NCBI GenBank assembly: GCA_964016885.1
Contig: OZ024749.1
Coordinates: forward strand, 52,824,001 to 52,888,000
Origin: Eledone cirrhosa
Taxonomy: Eukaryota
Direction: 5' to 3'
Length of the DNA: 64,000 nucleotides
Part shown: one piece after another, positions 1 to 15,569 of the stretch
How positions within the stretch are numbered: the first letter of the stretch is position 1
Layout of the letters: the number at the start of each line of letters is the position of its first letter
The notes under the pieces: model-generated
What the model saw: only the letters and a program-made list of their open reading frames with translations
Told to the model about the DNA's origin: nothing
Database searches by the model: none
Program-made: the position numbers and the translations under genes

Positions 1-1771
1 AACTACATATCTACAGACATGTTGAAATGTATTGTAGTTTGAGGCAGTCAACGAGTTCTAGAGCTCCTTTACAATCAACGGAGAGAAGTGGCAGAGTGCC
101 AGGGTAATTGGTAAGGAAGGTGTCTTCAACATGATCAAGGAAGACATTGAAGAATTCTGAGGGAGCTTTACAAATAAGGGGAAGAATGTGAACGTTCATC
201 CATCATCCTGGACACTGGAGACCTTTCTAGTTTTTCACCAGATCCAACTTTTCTAGGATATCATCAAGGAGTTGTTAGAATGTTTTGTGGTATTTGTTTC
301 AGCTGTTGGCACTCTTGAGTTCAAATCCTGCCAAGATCAAAGCAACTTTGCCTTTCATTCTTTCAAAGTCATTAAAAGAAATAAGTACCTGTCCAATACT
401 GGGGCCTAATTATCTCTAACTCTTTTTTACTTCTTTTCTTTCACTCTCACCTTCTTATAGCAGAGATTAAATGATGATGATGATGATATATATAAAAAGT
501 TTAGGCAAGGATTATTATTAAACAAATTTAATGAACCCTAATTGTTAATTTACACACATATATGTGTGTGCTGTAAAGTCATGTAGGTGTCAGAATAAAA
601 AGCACCCAGTATACACTATATTAGGAAAGACATCCAGCCATAGAAATGAAGTCAAAATCACTTCTGTATGAGCAAGACACAGTCACCTGATCTAGTGTGG
701 AATAATGGACGTTGATGATGATGATATATACACTCAAACACATCAAATCTGTATAAATTTTCCTCTTTTAGTGAATGGTATTTTTTGTATCGATATATTA
801 TAGTTAGTAAAATATCTATAGTTACTGAAAAGAAAAAACAACGAAATTATCATTTATAAAATATTAATTACGTCTTTAAGCTTCCATAAATTTTAACTAC
901 AATATTTGAATGTTATTGTTTTAATTTTTCGCGGTCTTTTTTCTCTCACTGGGACATGAAAATATTTAAGGTATTTTATTAGTATCTGATTGATTCTGAT
1001 AATTTTTTCTTTCATGTTGTTAAATCCATTAGTCGCTTTAATAGTAATCCTTGTTTAATCTTTCGTTTATATATTATATATTTCAAATTTATAGATATAT
1101 GTATATATATAGAGAGAAAGAGCCACATATCGTTTGAGAAACAGTATTTTGTACAAGTATCATACATAATGTATATGTTCTGGTACCTTAAATTAGTATG
1201 TATATATATATATATAATATAATATAATATATAACACAATATATATATATATAACACAATATATATATATATATATATAACACAATATATATATATATAA
1301 CACATATATATATAACACAAGTAACTATAGGTTGTATCAAATACGTACAAACACACAAGGTATAGATTTATACTCGTTGCCCTCACAAAAATCCTGGTAA
1401 TATTTCCCTTCCAAAACATTAAATGTATGTACGTAGACCCTTTTATATAAGTACCTGGAAGAACCTGTGAAAATGTGGGTGTTTTAAATAACTCTGGGCA
1501 TTTGGGGAACCAGCCGAGCGCGTAATAAAATATGAACCAATCAGTATTTTCATTGTGGAAATATAAAGATGAAAAATAAATTCAATATATATATAATATT
1601 TTGGCCAGATTCGTTCCAGCTTCGGAACAAATCCTTGGCAAGCATCTATTCTGATTCTTTCTTTACACAATCTGAGTTCAAATTTTGCCGAGGTCAACTT
1701 TGCCTTTCATCCTTCTGGCGTTGATAAAATAAGGTACCAGTCATGTACTGTGGAGGAAATATATGTATATG

Positions 1772-1808
<37 letters not shown>

Positions 1809-1869
1809 GTGAGGTTTTTTTTTACAAAATGAAAAATAACCGAGGTGTCCTACACGAGTGAAAATATAA

Positions 1870-1978
1870 AGAAAAAAAGATGAAATCGAAAATGCAACTG
1901 GAGTCTTATTTTTTTTAAAATATATATATTTATTTAAAAATAAGACTCCAGTTGCATTTTCGATTTCATCTTTTTTTC

Positions 1979-1979
<1 letters not shown>
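1870..1979. repeat. Perfect 44-bp inverted repeat with an AT-rich spacer
   Basis: agaaaaaaagatgaaatcgaaaatgcaactggagtcttattttt (1870-1913) is the exact reverse complement of 1936-1979. Confidence 0.9.
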
Positions 1980-3678
<1,699 letters not shown>

Positions 3679-3804
3679 CCCTATGTCGCATAAACTGTCA
3701 GATTTTCTATTATTTAAACCCAAAAATGTTAAAACCATTTACATGCCGACTTATGTAAGGTACCCACTTTTAATGCAGTTTTCTATGATAACAATTATAA
3801 TAAT

Positions 3805-3990
3805 GGTTTCTGATTTAGACACAAGGCCAACAATTTTTGGTGAGGGGGGGGGGTGTAAATCGATTAATTCGACTCAGTAGGTTACTGGTACGATATTTTA
3901 TCGACCCTCGTAAGGATGGAAAACAAAGTTAACCTTGGTGGAATTTCAACTCAGAACATAAAGGCAAGTAACAATATGCCGCAAAGCATG
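3805..3990 (-). mobile_element. SINE family A (representative copy)
   Basis: The motif cacaaggcca(g/a)caatt...gtcgattaa...actggtac..tattttatcgaccc..taaggatg.aa..caaagttaacct..g.gg.attt.aactcagaac recurs at ~19815, 22415, 22630, 23520, 26725, 30085, and reverse-complemented at ~1670, 29060, 48720, 57850. The minus strand carries a B-box-like gttcaaatcc. Confidence 0.7.
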
Positions 3991-4389
3991 TGTAGTTTGT
4001 ATTATAGCAGCGGAATTTGTTCGATCTATCGATACTGCCGACCGAATAATCTATATAATATAAATACAAGAATGTTTTAGGCCCACATATAACTCTGAGA
4101 AATGTTGGTGTTTTTTAAAAATTATGGAATGCTGAAAATATATTGTGGGGAGGAAAAGTTTCGTTTTAATCTACCCCCGACTCATATAATTCATAATTAC
4201 TAATCTTATAATTAATTAATTAACTAATTATAAGACCAGAAAAAGATCCAACAGGTTGTTTTAGAAAGTCGATAAGTGAGAAATGATCCATGTGGTTATA
4301 ATTTTACTAATCATAATTAATTTAGTTATTCAACAAAAATATATCCCATCGCTTATTAATATTATTTTTCTTATTTCTTCTTCTGATTC

Positions 4390-6072
4390 TCATGCTCTGT
4401 TTTTGGTCCTGGTTTTCGTGCCAGACTTCTTGACAAAGGTAAGTTTTGTTGTCTTGGGACAGACTCGAGTGGTGTGCTCCCTGCTATCTTTATCATGTCC
4501 ACGTTCACGATGGTCGGCAATGCTTTCAAACAATTGTTTGTTGTCAATATTCTGCAGGAAACTTTTCTTTATATCAGCCTCAAACGGTTGCCATTCCAAA
4601 CATTTTTCAGAATTAGATTTCTTCAGTATAGATTTCGTCATAATAGAAGTAGAAGTGGTTATTTTATCCGATTTCGTCACAGTGCTCCTTTTAAGACTGG
4701 GCAATTCTTTAGGTATTCCTTCAATTATAAACGGACCTTTCAACAACTGGACAGCTCTTTTTTCAAAGTCTTTTAAAGCTTCGTTAATTCTTTGTGCTGA
4801 GCCATAAAACGACAGCACTTTATAGTCTGTTAAACGTTGATATAACTTCTGTGGCAGTGGGAAATTAGAAGAATGACTGAGCATTAGACGATCGTCTGAA
4901 CATGTCACAGAGGGAATATTAAACAGTTTCGTTTTCAAAATTACGTGGTTTTGTTCAAAGAATATATTAAAAAAGATGTCTTGTTCACTGTTGTCCTTCC
5001 AACTTATCGCCTTCGAATTTCCCAACAATCTAAATCCACTAAACGTTTGGCTCTTCCAGTTTAGCATCGATCCCAGTTTCAATAGAATATCGATCTTGTG
5101 ACAGTTTGGGGAAATATTTCCCTTAGCTTCAAACAAGGTATGAGTAATACTAAAACACGTCCAACGTAAAAGTATGGATTCGCTATCATTGAGGTCGTGT
5201 TTTCTAGCTACACTTCTGCTCAATAGAATTACTTGTCTGTAGAGGAAATCCATAAATACTTTAGCAAATATATTTACTAATATTTTCGGTTGTCCATTCG
5301 AACGTTTCATACTTGTTTGTTGAACAGTTCGAAGTAATTGATTGTCAGATTCTATCGGGGCAGTCGAAACATCCAAGTGGGAAACCTTTTTAGTTTGAGC
5401 TATTGTAGTGTTTTCCTGAATTATTAATTTTTTCCGTCGTGCTTGTCTTCTTTTCCACGCAGTCCTAAATAACAGTAGAGTTATTACTATTGCTATAAAG
5501 AAAATAACTTTATCGGGAGCCAAAGTGAAGTAATTATAACACCATTGCCCAACAATAATTGATTTTGTCCATTTGCCGAATGACGCGGCATAGTGGACGA
5601 TTAAGTTAGCAAATTTTACAAAAGAACTAAAGTTATATCTATAATAGAATATCTGTAAACAGAAAGCAGTCGTTGATGCTTTTAACCAAAGTTTCAATAT
5701 GTACCTTTGTGTGTCTAATTTATTAGGCTTGTACATATAGCAATATATTGAATATATTAAAACATAAATTGCTGTATAAATTATAGTTTGTTTTAAGCAA
5801 GTTCGAATATCTTTCATGAGATTGTCCACATATTCAATATTCTGGCACATACCACGGTATGGAAATAATGGAAATCGGGAGAAACGTATATTTTCCAAGT
5901 CTGGGAGTAATGGAACATTAGTTTTACGGCATCCGAAAATAGTCAAGATTTCCCAGTCACGTAGAGTACTCAATCCAATAAATGGGATGAAGAACTGAAG
6001 GGATAAAGTTATTCTTTGAAGAAAAGAAGTCTGCGAATTTAACTTATTCCGATCCATTGTTACTAAACCCAT
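4390..6072 (-). CDS. Intronless 560-aa protein of unknown function, probable multi-pass membrane protein with a soluble C-terminal region
   Basis: 1683-nt ATG-to-TGA ORF in non-repetitive AT-rich sequence, far longer than chance. Hydrophobic stretches include TIIYTAIYVLIYSIYCYMY, ILKLWLKASTTAFCLQIFYY and VIFFIAIVITLLLF, the last followed by a basic cluster (RTAWKRRQARRKK). No family motif recognised. Confidence 0.75.
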   Translation of the reverse strand: MGLVTMDRNKLNSQTSFLQRITLSLQFFIPFIGLSTLRDWEILTIFGCRKTNVPLLPDLENIRFSRFPLFPYRGMCQNIEYVDNLMKDIRTCLKQTIIYTAIYVLIYSIYCYMYKPNKLDTQRYILKLWLKASTTAFCLQIFYYRYNFSSFVKFANLIVHYAASFGKWTKSIIVGQWCYNYFTLAPDKVIFFIAIVITLLLFRTAWKRRQARRKKLIIQENTTIAQTKKVSHLDVSTAPIESDNQLLRTVQQTSMKRSNGQPKILVNIFAKVFMDFLYRQVILLSRSVARKHDLNDSESILLRWTCFSITHTLFEAKGNISPNCHKIDILLKLGSMLNWKSQTFSGFRLLGNSKAISWKDNSEQDIFFNIFFEQNHVILKTKLFNIPSVTCSDDRLMLSHSSNFPLPQKLYQRLTDYKVLSFYGSAQRINEALKDFEKRAVQLLKGPFIIEGIPKELPSLKRSTVTKSDKITTSTSIMTKSILKKSNSEKCLEWQPFEADIKKSFLQNIDNKQLFESIADHRERGHDKDSREHTTRVCPKTTKLTFVKKSGTKTRTKNRA

Positions 6073-6504
6073 AATATTGTGGATATTATGGGTGAAAAGT
6101 AATAAAACTTACAGGAAACGGATAAGTGTATATCTACGTAGCTTTTTGTTAGAAATAACACTTGTGAATACAGTTGGAAATTTTCAAAAAGCGATATGTA
6201 TATATATTCAAATATTATTTTAGCGTCCAGCGCTGATGTCGCTCCTCCTTTCATGCCTTCAGGTTCTTCAACTGTCCATTTCCAAAGACAACTATTTCTC
6301 CTTCTCTTTCTTTTCTCTCACGTTTTGTTTCTTTCCTTTGTGTCTTTTATAAAACATTTCATAGTAACTTTCTATCTCTCTCTTCCCTCCCTCACTTTAC
6401 TTTATACATAACTCTAGAAAGAGAGGCCATCAAAACATAAATTAATGTTTCCCCCTATAAGTTAGACAGGGCCTGGGCCAATACTGGCCGAAACCTATCA
6501 AAGT

Positions 6505-6548
<44 letters not shown>

Positions 6549-6551
<3 letters not shown>

Positions 6552-6624
6552 GGTGTCCTCAAAAAATGTATACATACTTCAACAGCATTCTAATCAGTGT
6601 GTATATATTTTTGGGGACACCCTG
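6549..6624. mobile_element. Tiny Tc1/mariner-like MITE remnant
   Basis: Ends cacggtgtcctcaaaaaatgtataca / tgtatatatttttggggacaccctg form imperfect TIRs resembling CAGGGTGTCC..AAAA mariner-type termini. Confidence 0.5.
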
Positions 6625-6840
6625 TTAGTATATATATAAATATATATACATTTATATGTTGTTGACGCCTGAGAGAGAAGAGTACTCAATACCGAAGTAG
6701 AGTTTTAATATTCGTTTTATTAAGGCTAAATAGCGAGTCTTGTTATTCTGGAGTTTCACTTGTTTAGGCGAAACTCCAGAATAACAAACTCACTATATAT
6801 ATATATATATATATTCATCTGTAACTCTTTAAAATTTACA

Positions 6841-7190
6841 CAGTGTATTTCCTATCTCAGTCATGTTGCTACAATAAGATGTTTCACTTTCCAAACACAA
6901 GGTCCTGGGTTCTAACCCTACGTTTGTCCCTGTAAATATTTCTCTAAAGTTACTCATATATATAATCCTGATTGTCATTTCTACATACATGTTGAATATT
7001 TTATGTAATTATATCCTAGAAGTAAATTATTAAAATATCATTTCTATCCTTAATCATTTCCACATGTCAGTAATCAACCTAAACTTTCGGGTCTCTCTTA
7101 TGCAAACCAATAATTAATCAAAATGCAATTTTCACAATTTGTACAATTGATTGCATATCCAGTAATCCTGGTATATGACATACCAATCCT
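6841..7190 (+). mobile_element. Interspersed repeat (SINE-like) with a second copy in reverse orientation at ~43415-43720
   Basis: cagtgtatttcctatctcagtcatgttgctaca...ggtcctgggttcta...cgtttgtccctgtaaata...aagttactcatatatataatcctgattgtcatttctacatacatgttgaatattttatgtaattatatcctaga matches the reverse complement of 43557-43720. Confidence 0.7.
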
Positions 7191-7235
7191 AGACTTCTAA
7201 ATTAAATATATTCAAACCTTTGCTGTCATTATTGA

Positions 7236-7445
7236 TGGCAGTTGTCCCCTAGTTATTATATAATATATCCAGTAATCCTGGTATATTTGACATACCAATT
7301 CTAGGATGGCAGTTGTCCCCTAGTTATTATATAATATATCCAGTAATCCTGGTATATTTGACATACCAATTCTAGGATGGCAGTTGTCCCCTAGTTATTA
7401 TATAATATATCCAGTAATCCTGGTATATTTGACATACCAATTCTA
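7236..7445. repeat. ~61-bp tandem repeat, ~3 copies
   Basis: Unit gatggcagttgtcccctagttattatataatatatccagtaatcctggtatatttgacataccaattctag-like, repeated. Confidence 0.8.
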
Positions 7446-8322
7446 GACTTCAAAAATGAAATATATTCAACACTATTGCGGTCATTATTGATGCAACTAG
7501 CCCACAGTAGCAAGGATATCTGTTAAATTATTCTGTCTAATTTATGACCTAGTAGCAAGGATATTTGTTTAAAACAATTTTTCCAACAATTATGTGAAAT
7601 TCATCTCATCTTTGCTTCTTCTTTGTTCACTTATTCCTAGAAGTGTGCAGAGTCCTCAAACATTCCTTCCAGTGGGTCCTGTCAGAAGCAACCATCTCCA
7701 ACTGATCAGGCAAGACTAGCCTAGCTCATGGAAGTTATCCAACCATCTTGCTCGAGGTCTACCTCTGACTCTCCTGTCAGTTGGGTTTGCCTGTAAAATC
7801 TGTCCAGTGATTCTCTCCCCCGAGACATTCTAACCACATTCATCTTTGCTTATTTAACCCTTTAGTATTTACATTATTCTATATTTACTATTGTATTTTT
7901 GTGGTAAAGACTATCTTACATAATTATCTCACATAATATTGAATCTATGAGATTTTGATGTTATTTATTTTGAGAACAGTACCTTAATGTCAGTATGAGC
8001 ATCCAGTTATGGCTAGTTTGAACAGAAAGAGGTTAGAGAACTCTGGCTCAATACAGCTGGTTTAAATGCTAAAGTGGTAAGAAAGAAATGATCACAAACC
8101 AAAGAATAGATTGAAGACCAAAATCTAGGTGATATGTGTTACAATATTTTTATATTACAAATATACTTTTCTTAATCTTTACATTTTCAGCAATAATTTA
8201 TGCTACATCCTTTTTCTATTTTTTTCCCTAAAACACACATTAGAAAGCAATGTGTTATTTTAGTGTAGATGAAAGAAATGTCCAATATTGTTTGTTAATC
8301 TGTTATTGATGAGTGTATCACA

Positions 8323-11275
8323 TCATTGTTTATGAAATAATTTACTGCTGTCATTGGCATGATCCATCAGTAGTTGACAAGGGGTAAAGTGTTCTCCATA
8401 GTGACTCTCGAATACAGACATTCTCTCCACTAACTGCTTGGCTCCATGAAGGTCCACATACCGGAAAGGACCTACAATATCAATAATATGAACAATATCA
8501 TCATCATTTAACATACAAGTTTTGTAGAAAGAAATTGTGCCCTACATTACTGTAAATATATATTATCATTACCATTTAATATCCATGGGTTGTCCTTGTC
8601 GAGATAAGTCTGGCCAGGATTAGCCACGCTGTCCCTTACTCTGATGGGACTGTAAATTTGGCCGGGGTTTTTACAGCTGGATGCCCTTCCTAACACCAAC
8701 CACATTTACAGTATATATATAGAGAGTAGTGTAGTTAATACATTGTGAAACATGTAGTAAAAGGCTGATGAATTTCTTTTTAAAGCTGGTTCAATGCGAT
8801 ATAACAAACAAAACACAGTAATGTTTTACCCAGTGTATTTTAGCATGATATTTCAGGGCTATTACCCTGAAGCTGAACCAGTTCAAGCCAAAACAATTGA
8901 GCGTTCAGAGTTTTGTTCCCTAACAAACAGTGTTAGGGAAGAAAACATTTAAAACAGTTAATATGCGACCACAAACAACTCTCATCTCCTGCGCAAAACA
9001 ATTAGACTTGCAGGTCATAAAATGTGTTCTATTTTTCAGAAATTTTTATTTGATTCGCTGTGTGTATAACCTAAAATCATAGTTCCCCCTCTAAGGCACA
9101 AACCTGGGCAAGGTTGTTTGTGGAAAACCAACAGCACCCATGCATGCCAGCCTCCCCTCTCCATGCCACCGATGATGTCCAAGGGAAAGACAATGGCCGA
9201 TACAGCTTGGCATCAGTGACGTCACAACTCATTTCTACAGCTGAGTGAAGTAGAGCAACAGGAAATAAAGTATCTTGCTCAAAAACACAAGACAGTCCAG
9301 TCCAGGAATCGAACTCACAACCTTACAATTGTGAGCTCAACAGTCTAACCATTATGCCATGCACCTTCACATATTTATATATAAATTTATCTTACCGCCT
9401 AAAAATGGTGGGAAACCCAGTCCAAAGACAGCACCAACATCTCCTTCAAGCTGTTTAATGAAAATATATAACAACAACATTGAGGAAGTTTGAAAATGTT
9501 ACCAAATAAATCATACAACTAAATATAACATAATGAAACGATATTAAACAGACGTTTAAAATAGTTGGCTGAAGTAATAATTTTCTGTATATAAAATCAT
9601 AGGTGTAGTTTTGTATGAGCAAGATACGGTCACCTGAGCTGACTTGTCTCTTAATGGGAGATCCTGTCTAACTCATGCAAGAGTTGAAAGAAATATCTAT
9701 CTGTCTTTCACACACAGTCTCTCTCTCCCCCTCTCTCTTTTTGTATTTCTTTCTCAATATTTCATATGGGAAAAATTGTTTCAGTTTACAGACATTTTGA
9801 ATGAGGAAAAGCCTTCAAGAACAAATTAAGTTTGTGACGCAAGGTAGATATATATATATCATCATCATCACCGTTTAACGTCCGTTTTTCCATGCTAGCA
9901 TGGGTTAGATGGGGAGTATATATATATATGTGTGTACTTGTATATACATATTACTCATCCCTTACCAATTTAGAGGGTTTTAAACCCCACTATTAGGCTA
10001 ATTTTCTTTAGGCGAAAATTTCTATTCCTAACTCAATTTCAAACTTCGCTCGCCGTCTTCAAAACAAAATGCTTGCTTTGTCATATATATATAAAATATC
10101 AGTAAACATTTATCAATTATTTCTTCAAACTTACATTTTAACCCTCTAGCATTTAAACAGGCTTTATCCGGCCAGAATGTTTTCCGCTTTTTTAAACTGG
10201 CCATAACCAGCAGGTCACACAGATGTTAAGATATCATTCTTAAAATAAACAATAACATCATCAAAATCTCGTAAACTCGATATTATGTGAGAGAAAGCCT
10301 TTACCATGAAAATGCAATAGTAAATATAGAGTAATGTAAATGGTAACAGGTTAAACTTAGCTCCGTTTAATTGATTATTTATTTAGTTAATTTCTCTGGA
10401 CTAAGAAGAATTAGGTAAAGATGTTGATGGTATCATCAACTTCCATGAATGACTGAGAAAGGATTAAAAGAATGAAATGGAAAGTTTCCTTACTGGATTA
10501 GCTAAGATGCCTTCTTGAAAACATAATATAGCTTCATTAACAAACCGAGAAAACAGACGATATTGTACAACCTCGTCGGTATTTCTGAAAAATACAACAT
10601 AAATATTATTAATGATACAATTTTTATATAAAAACCTTACATTAAGTTACTATCTTACTAATGAAATAATAATTTTAGTAAATCCCTCAAAATTCATCAT
10701 TAATTAATTAATTAAAATAGAGTGTATTTCATTAGAAATGTAATCATGAAAAGGTTAAATAGTTTTTTTAGTTACCAACCTAATCAAAACGAGCTCTGGT
10801 ACTTTGACACAAAATTACCAATTTTAAAGGTTTCCAATTTAAATTAAAATCTTCAAACATAATTTTATATAAAAAGCTTACATTAAGTTACTTAATTAAA
10901 TTACTAATAAATCCCTCAAAATTCTTCATTAATTAATTAAAATAGAGTGTATTTCATTAGAAAAAATATTCAAAACTGACACCCACACCAAAATATATTT
11001 TGTAACTTACTCCATTTTGGATTGAAGAGAAAATTTGCTGATAATTTCAGCGACCTCAGGGTTTTCTATCTTTTCTTTTGAATTCTTTTCATATATAAAA
11101 CATCCTTTACCACTCTTTCGACCTGCAATGAAAATAAACAAATAAAATATTGATTCATCAATCTTTGTTTCATAAACAACCTCGATAAGGGTTCCAGCCT
11201 TAATTCAGAGTCACTGCGCTGTATTTTAATCCTCATCATTATTTTACATCTGTCTATCCATTCTGGCATAATTTG

Positions 11276-11309
<34 letters not shown>

Positions 11310-14300
11310 AATTTAAAACAGATACACAGTAACCCTCCATGTAGTAAGAGGTAACTAGAAGGGTTTTTGTGCATGTTTGTTATGTAACTTAGTAGTTCGA
11401 CAAATAGAGATCGATAAAATAAATACCAAAGTTGGGGGGGGGGGGGGTATGAATAATAAGTACTACTGTCAATATGATTGATTTTATCCCTTTAAAGCAA
11501 TGCCCCAGCATGGCTGCAGTCAAATGACAAACCAGTGAAAGGGTTGATACGATTGATTTTATCCCTTTAAAGCAATACCCCAGTCAAATGACAGAAACCA
11601 GTAAAGGGGTTGATATGATTGACTTTATCCCTTAAGGCAATGCCCCAGCATGGCCGCATTCAAACGACAAACCAGTAAAGGGGGTCAATATGACTGATTT
11701 TATCCCTTTAAGGCAATGCCCCAGCATGGCTGCAGTCAAATGACAGAAACCAGTAAAACAATAAAAGAATAAACTAGAGATATATTTACCTAAAGCTCCT
11801 TTAGAAATCATTTCTTTAAATAGCTCAATATTTCCACCCCCAAAACGTGATCCAAAAGCTTTGCCAAGATCTTCAGCAACATGAGCAGCGACATCAATAC
11901 CAACTTCATCCACCAGAGTTGCAAGACCAACTGGGAAACCAAACCCTTTGGTCAGTTTATCTAAACGTTTTGGTGTTATTCCTTCCTGGAGACAGATATA
12001 ACAAAGTTTAGTAGAATAGGTTCGGAACATAAATTAAAATATAGATTACAGTGTTGGCGGAAGGTACCAGTCAGGTCGGTGCTTATCCCCAGTTTCCTTG
12101 GCGTTAAGTGACTGAGACTACAAGACTCTCCCTGGATAGGACGCCACTCTATCACAGGATTAACACCCCAGTTACTGCTGGTACTCACTCTCAATTGAGT
12201 GTACTGGAGCAACATGAAATAAGATGTTTTACTCAAGAACACAATGCAATAGCCCGTCCAAGGATTGAAGCAACGACATTACAATCATACGTTAAGCATT
12301 GTAACCATCAGGCCATGTGTCTTCAGGCTAGAGGTACCCATAGAAGAAAATTTGGAAAAAACAGATAAAAATTGGTGCAGTCGAGTTTAAGGGTACTAGA
12401 CCCCACAAAAAAGAGGACAAGAATTTACCTGTAAGAGACGCACACACTCGGCAAGCATTGGTGCCAAAATGCGAGTTGTATAAAATCCAGGCCCATCTTT
12501 TACTGTAATCACAAGTTTGCCTTGTTTTAAACCTACATTGACAGCTCGGGCTAAAAATAGAGAAAATATATAATGTAACTGTTTCTAAATTATTTTAAAA
12601 AAAATATCATAAGAGGTGACTTAAATATTTAGCATCAGAGTGTACTGGGTGAATTTTATCGTGGCACCATCACTACCACTTTACAGAATGTACTGGGTGT
12701 ATTTTATCGTGGCACCAACACTACCACTTTACAGAGTGTACTGGGTGTATTTTATTGTAGCACCATCACTACCACTTTACAGAGTGTACTGGGTGAATTT
12801 TATCGTGACACCATCACTACTACTTTACAGAATGTACTGGGTGTATTTTATCGTGGCACCATCACTACCACTTTACAGAGTGTACTGGGTGTATTTTATC
12901 ATGACACCAACACTACCACTTTGCAGAGTGTACTGGGTGTACTTTATCATAGAACCAGCTCTATCACTTTACAGAGTGTACTGGGTGTATTTTATCACGA
13001 CACCAGCTCTAAAGAGGTTGTCGTGTACTCAGCAAGACAGTCCTTTCTGCACTATATGATCACCATTCAATCATTAACCACTTTACAGAATCTACAAACA
13101 CCTTTTACCTTTTGCTTCATTACAGGTACCTTCATGTGTGATGATCTCTAAAAGCTGCATCTTATCAACAGGTGAGAAGTAATGCATTCCAACCACCTTT
13201 CAAACAGAACAGAAATTACAGAAATTAATTAAGCGTAAACAGTGGACCAGTGCCACTAGTAACGATGGTATTGGTATTGAATAAGATTATTTAATTTTTG
13301 GGGGAGTCCAAGATTGGTATGTCATATACACCAGGGCTGGTATGTCATATATACCAGGGTTGGTATGTTATATATACCAGGATTGGTATGTCATATACAC
13401 CAGGATTGGTATGTCATATATACCAGGGCTGGTATGTCATATATACCAGGGCTGGTATGTCATATATACCAGGGTTGGTATGCCATATACACCAGGATTG
13501 GTATGTCATATACACCAGGATTGGTATGTCATATATACCAGGGCTGGTATGTCATATATACCAGGGCTGGTATGTCATATATACCAGGATTGGTATGCCA
13601 TATACACCAGGATTGGTATGTCATATATACCAGGGCTGGTATGTCATATATACCAGGGCTGGTATGTCATATATACCAGGATTGGTATGCCATATACACC
13701 AGGATTGGTATGTCATATATACCAGGGCTGGTATGTCATATATACCAGGGTTGGTATGTCATATACACCAGGATTGGTATGTCATATATACCAGGGCTGA
13801 TATGTCATATATACCAGGGCTGGTATGTCATATATACCAGGATTGGTATGCCATATACACCAGGATTGGTATGTCATATATACCAGGGCTGGTATGTCAT
13901 ATATACCAGGGTTGGTATGTCATATATACCAGGGTTGGTATGACATATATACCAGGGCTGGTATGTCATATATACCAGGGTTGGTATGTCATATATACCA
14001 GGGTTGGTATGTCATATACACCAGGGTTGGTATGTCATATACACCAGGGTTGGTATGTCATATACACCAGGGTTAGTATGTCATATACACCAGGGTTGGT
14101 ATGTCATATATACCAGGGTTGGTATGTCATATATACCAGGGTTGGTATGTCATATATACCAGGGTTGGTATGTCATATATACCAGGGTTGGTATGTCATA
14201 TATACCAGGGTTAGTATGTCATATATACCAGGGTTAGTATGTCATATATACCAGGGTTGGTATATCATATATACCAGGGTTGGTATATCATATATACCAG

Positions 14301-15538
14301 GGTTGGTATGTCATATATACCAGGGTTGGTATGTCATATATACCAGGGTTGGTATGTCATATACACCAGGGTTACAGGGTTAGTATGTCATATATACCAG
14401 GGTTGGTATGCCATATATACCGGGATTACTGGATATAAAACTAGTGGACCATACACACACATCCCATTTGTCTCCCCCAAAGAAAACAAAGAACAACCAC
14501 ATACCATTTCTGGTCGTTTGCTTGCTTTAGCGATCTGACTAATAGGGAGAGCGGACGTATTAGTGGCAAAAACACAATGTTCTGGGATATACTGAAAAAG
14601 TTAAAAATAACAACAATAATAATAATAGTAACAACAATAATAATATAAATTACAAAGATAATTCTTTTTAACATTGATACAATTTCAGCAATTTGTTGGG
14701 AGGAAAACGTGATTGCATCGACTGCAGTACATTACTGGTACTTTATTTTATCGACCTTGTAAGGATGAAAGACAAAGTTGGGATTTGAACTTAGAATGTA
14801 AAGGGACGTAACTATGATAGATTTTTTAACTGAAATATTACCTGGTCAGAGAAGGGTTTAGTTGATGATAGAGAGGAGGCGGGGGATAAAGAGAGCAACA
14901 TATAGAGAGAGGGATGAAAGGGAGATAGTGAATTTAGTGACAGAGAAAAAGATAAAAACAAAGATTTCCATGAAAAGAAGTCTTTAAAAAGAATATTTAC
15001 CTGTTCTACTTCTTTGATAACTTTATGTTTGATGTTGAGATCCTCAAATACAGCCTCAATCACCATATCACAGTGTTTAAAGTTTTCATAAGATAAAGTA
15101 GCATCAAGGTTTGCTAACATCTTCTCAGATTCAAGACTGGAAATAGGAAAATAGAAATTACTTTTTGTTTATTCTCTAACCCATGTCGGCATAGAAGAAA
15201 TGTATATATGATGATGATTCACAGTAATTCACTAACCATTTTGATAAACTGTCTGAAACTACCTCTGGTTCTATGGTACCAAACTACGTGAAACTACCCC
15301 TGGTTCTATGGTACTAAACTACTTGAACTTCCCCCAGTTCTATGGTACCAAACTATGTGAAACCACCCCTGGTTCTATGACAAAAAAGCACCCAGTCCAC
15401 ACTGTAAATGAGGTTGGTATTAGGAAGGCCATCCAGCTGTAGAAACAAAGCCAAGATCAGTTCTATATGAGCAAGACATGAATCATCTGAGCTGACTTGT
15501 CTAACCCATGCAAGTATGGAAACAGTCATTAAACGATA

Positions 15539-15569
<31 letters not shown>

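Noticed and set aside
11-199. 62-aa ORF at the window start
   Set aside because: Short, no recognisable motif, no clear splice context. It could be a decayed TE or pseudogene piece.
4283-4807. 174-aa and 100-aa plus-strand ORFs
   Set aside because: Antisense shadows of the 560-aa ORF with no independent support.
13298-14538. ORFs with [16 protein letters not shown] repeats
   Set aside because: Minisatellite translation in an intron, antisense to HADHA. The same applies to the arrays at 23100, 27050, 39300 and 45000.
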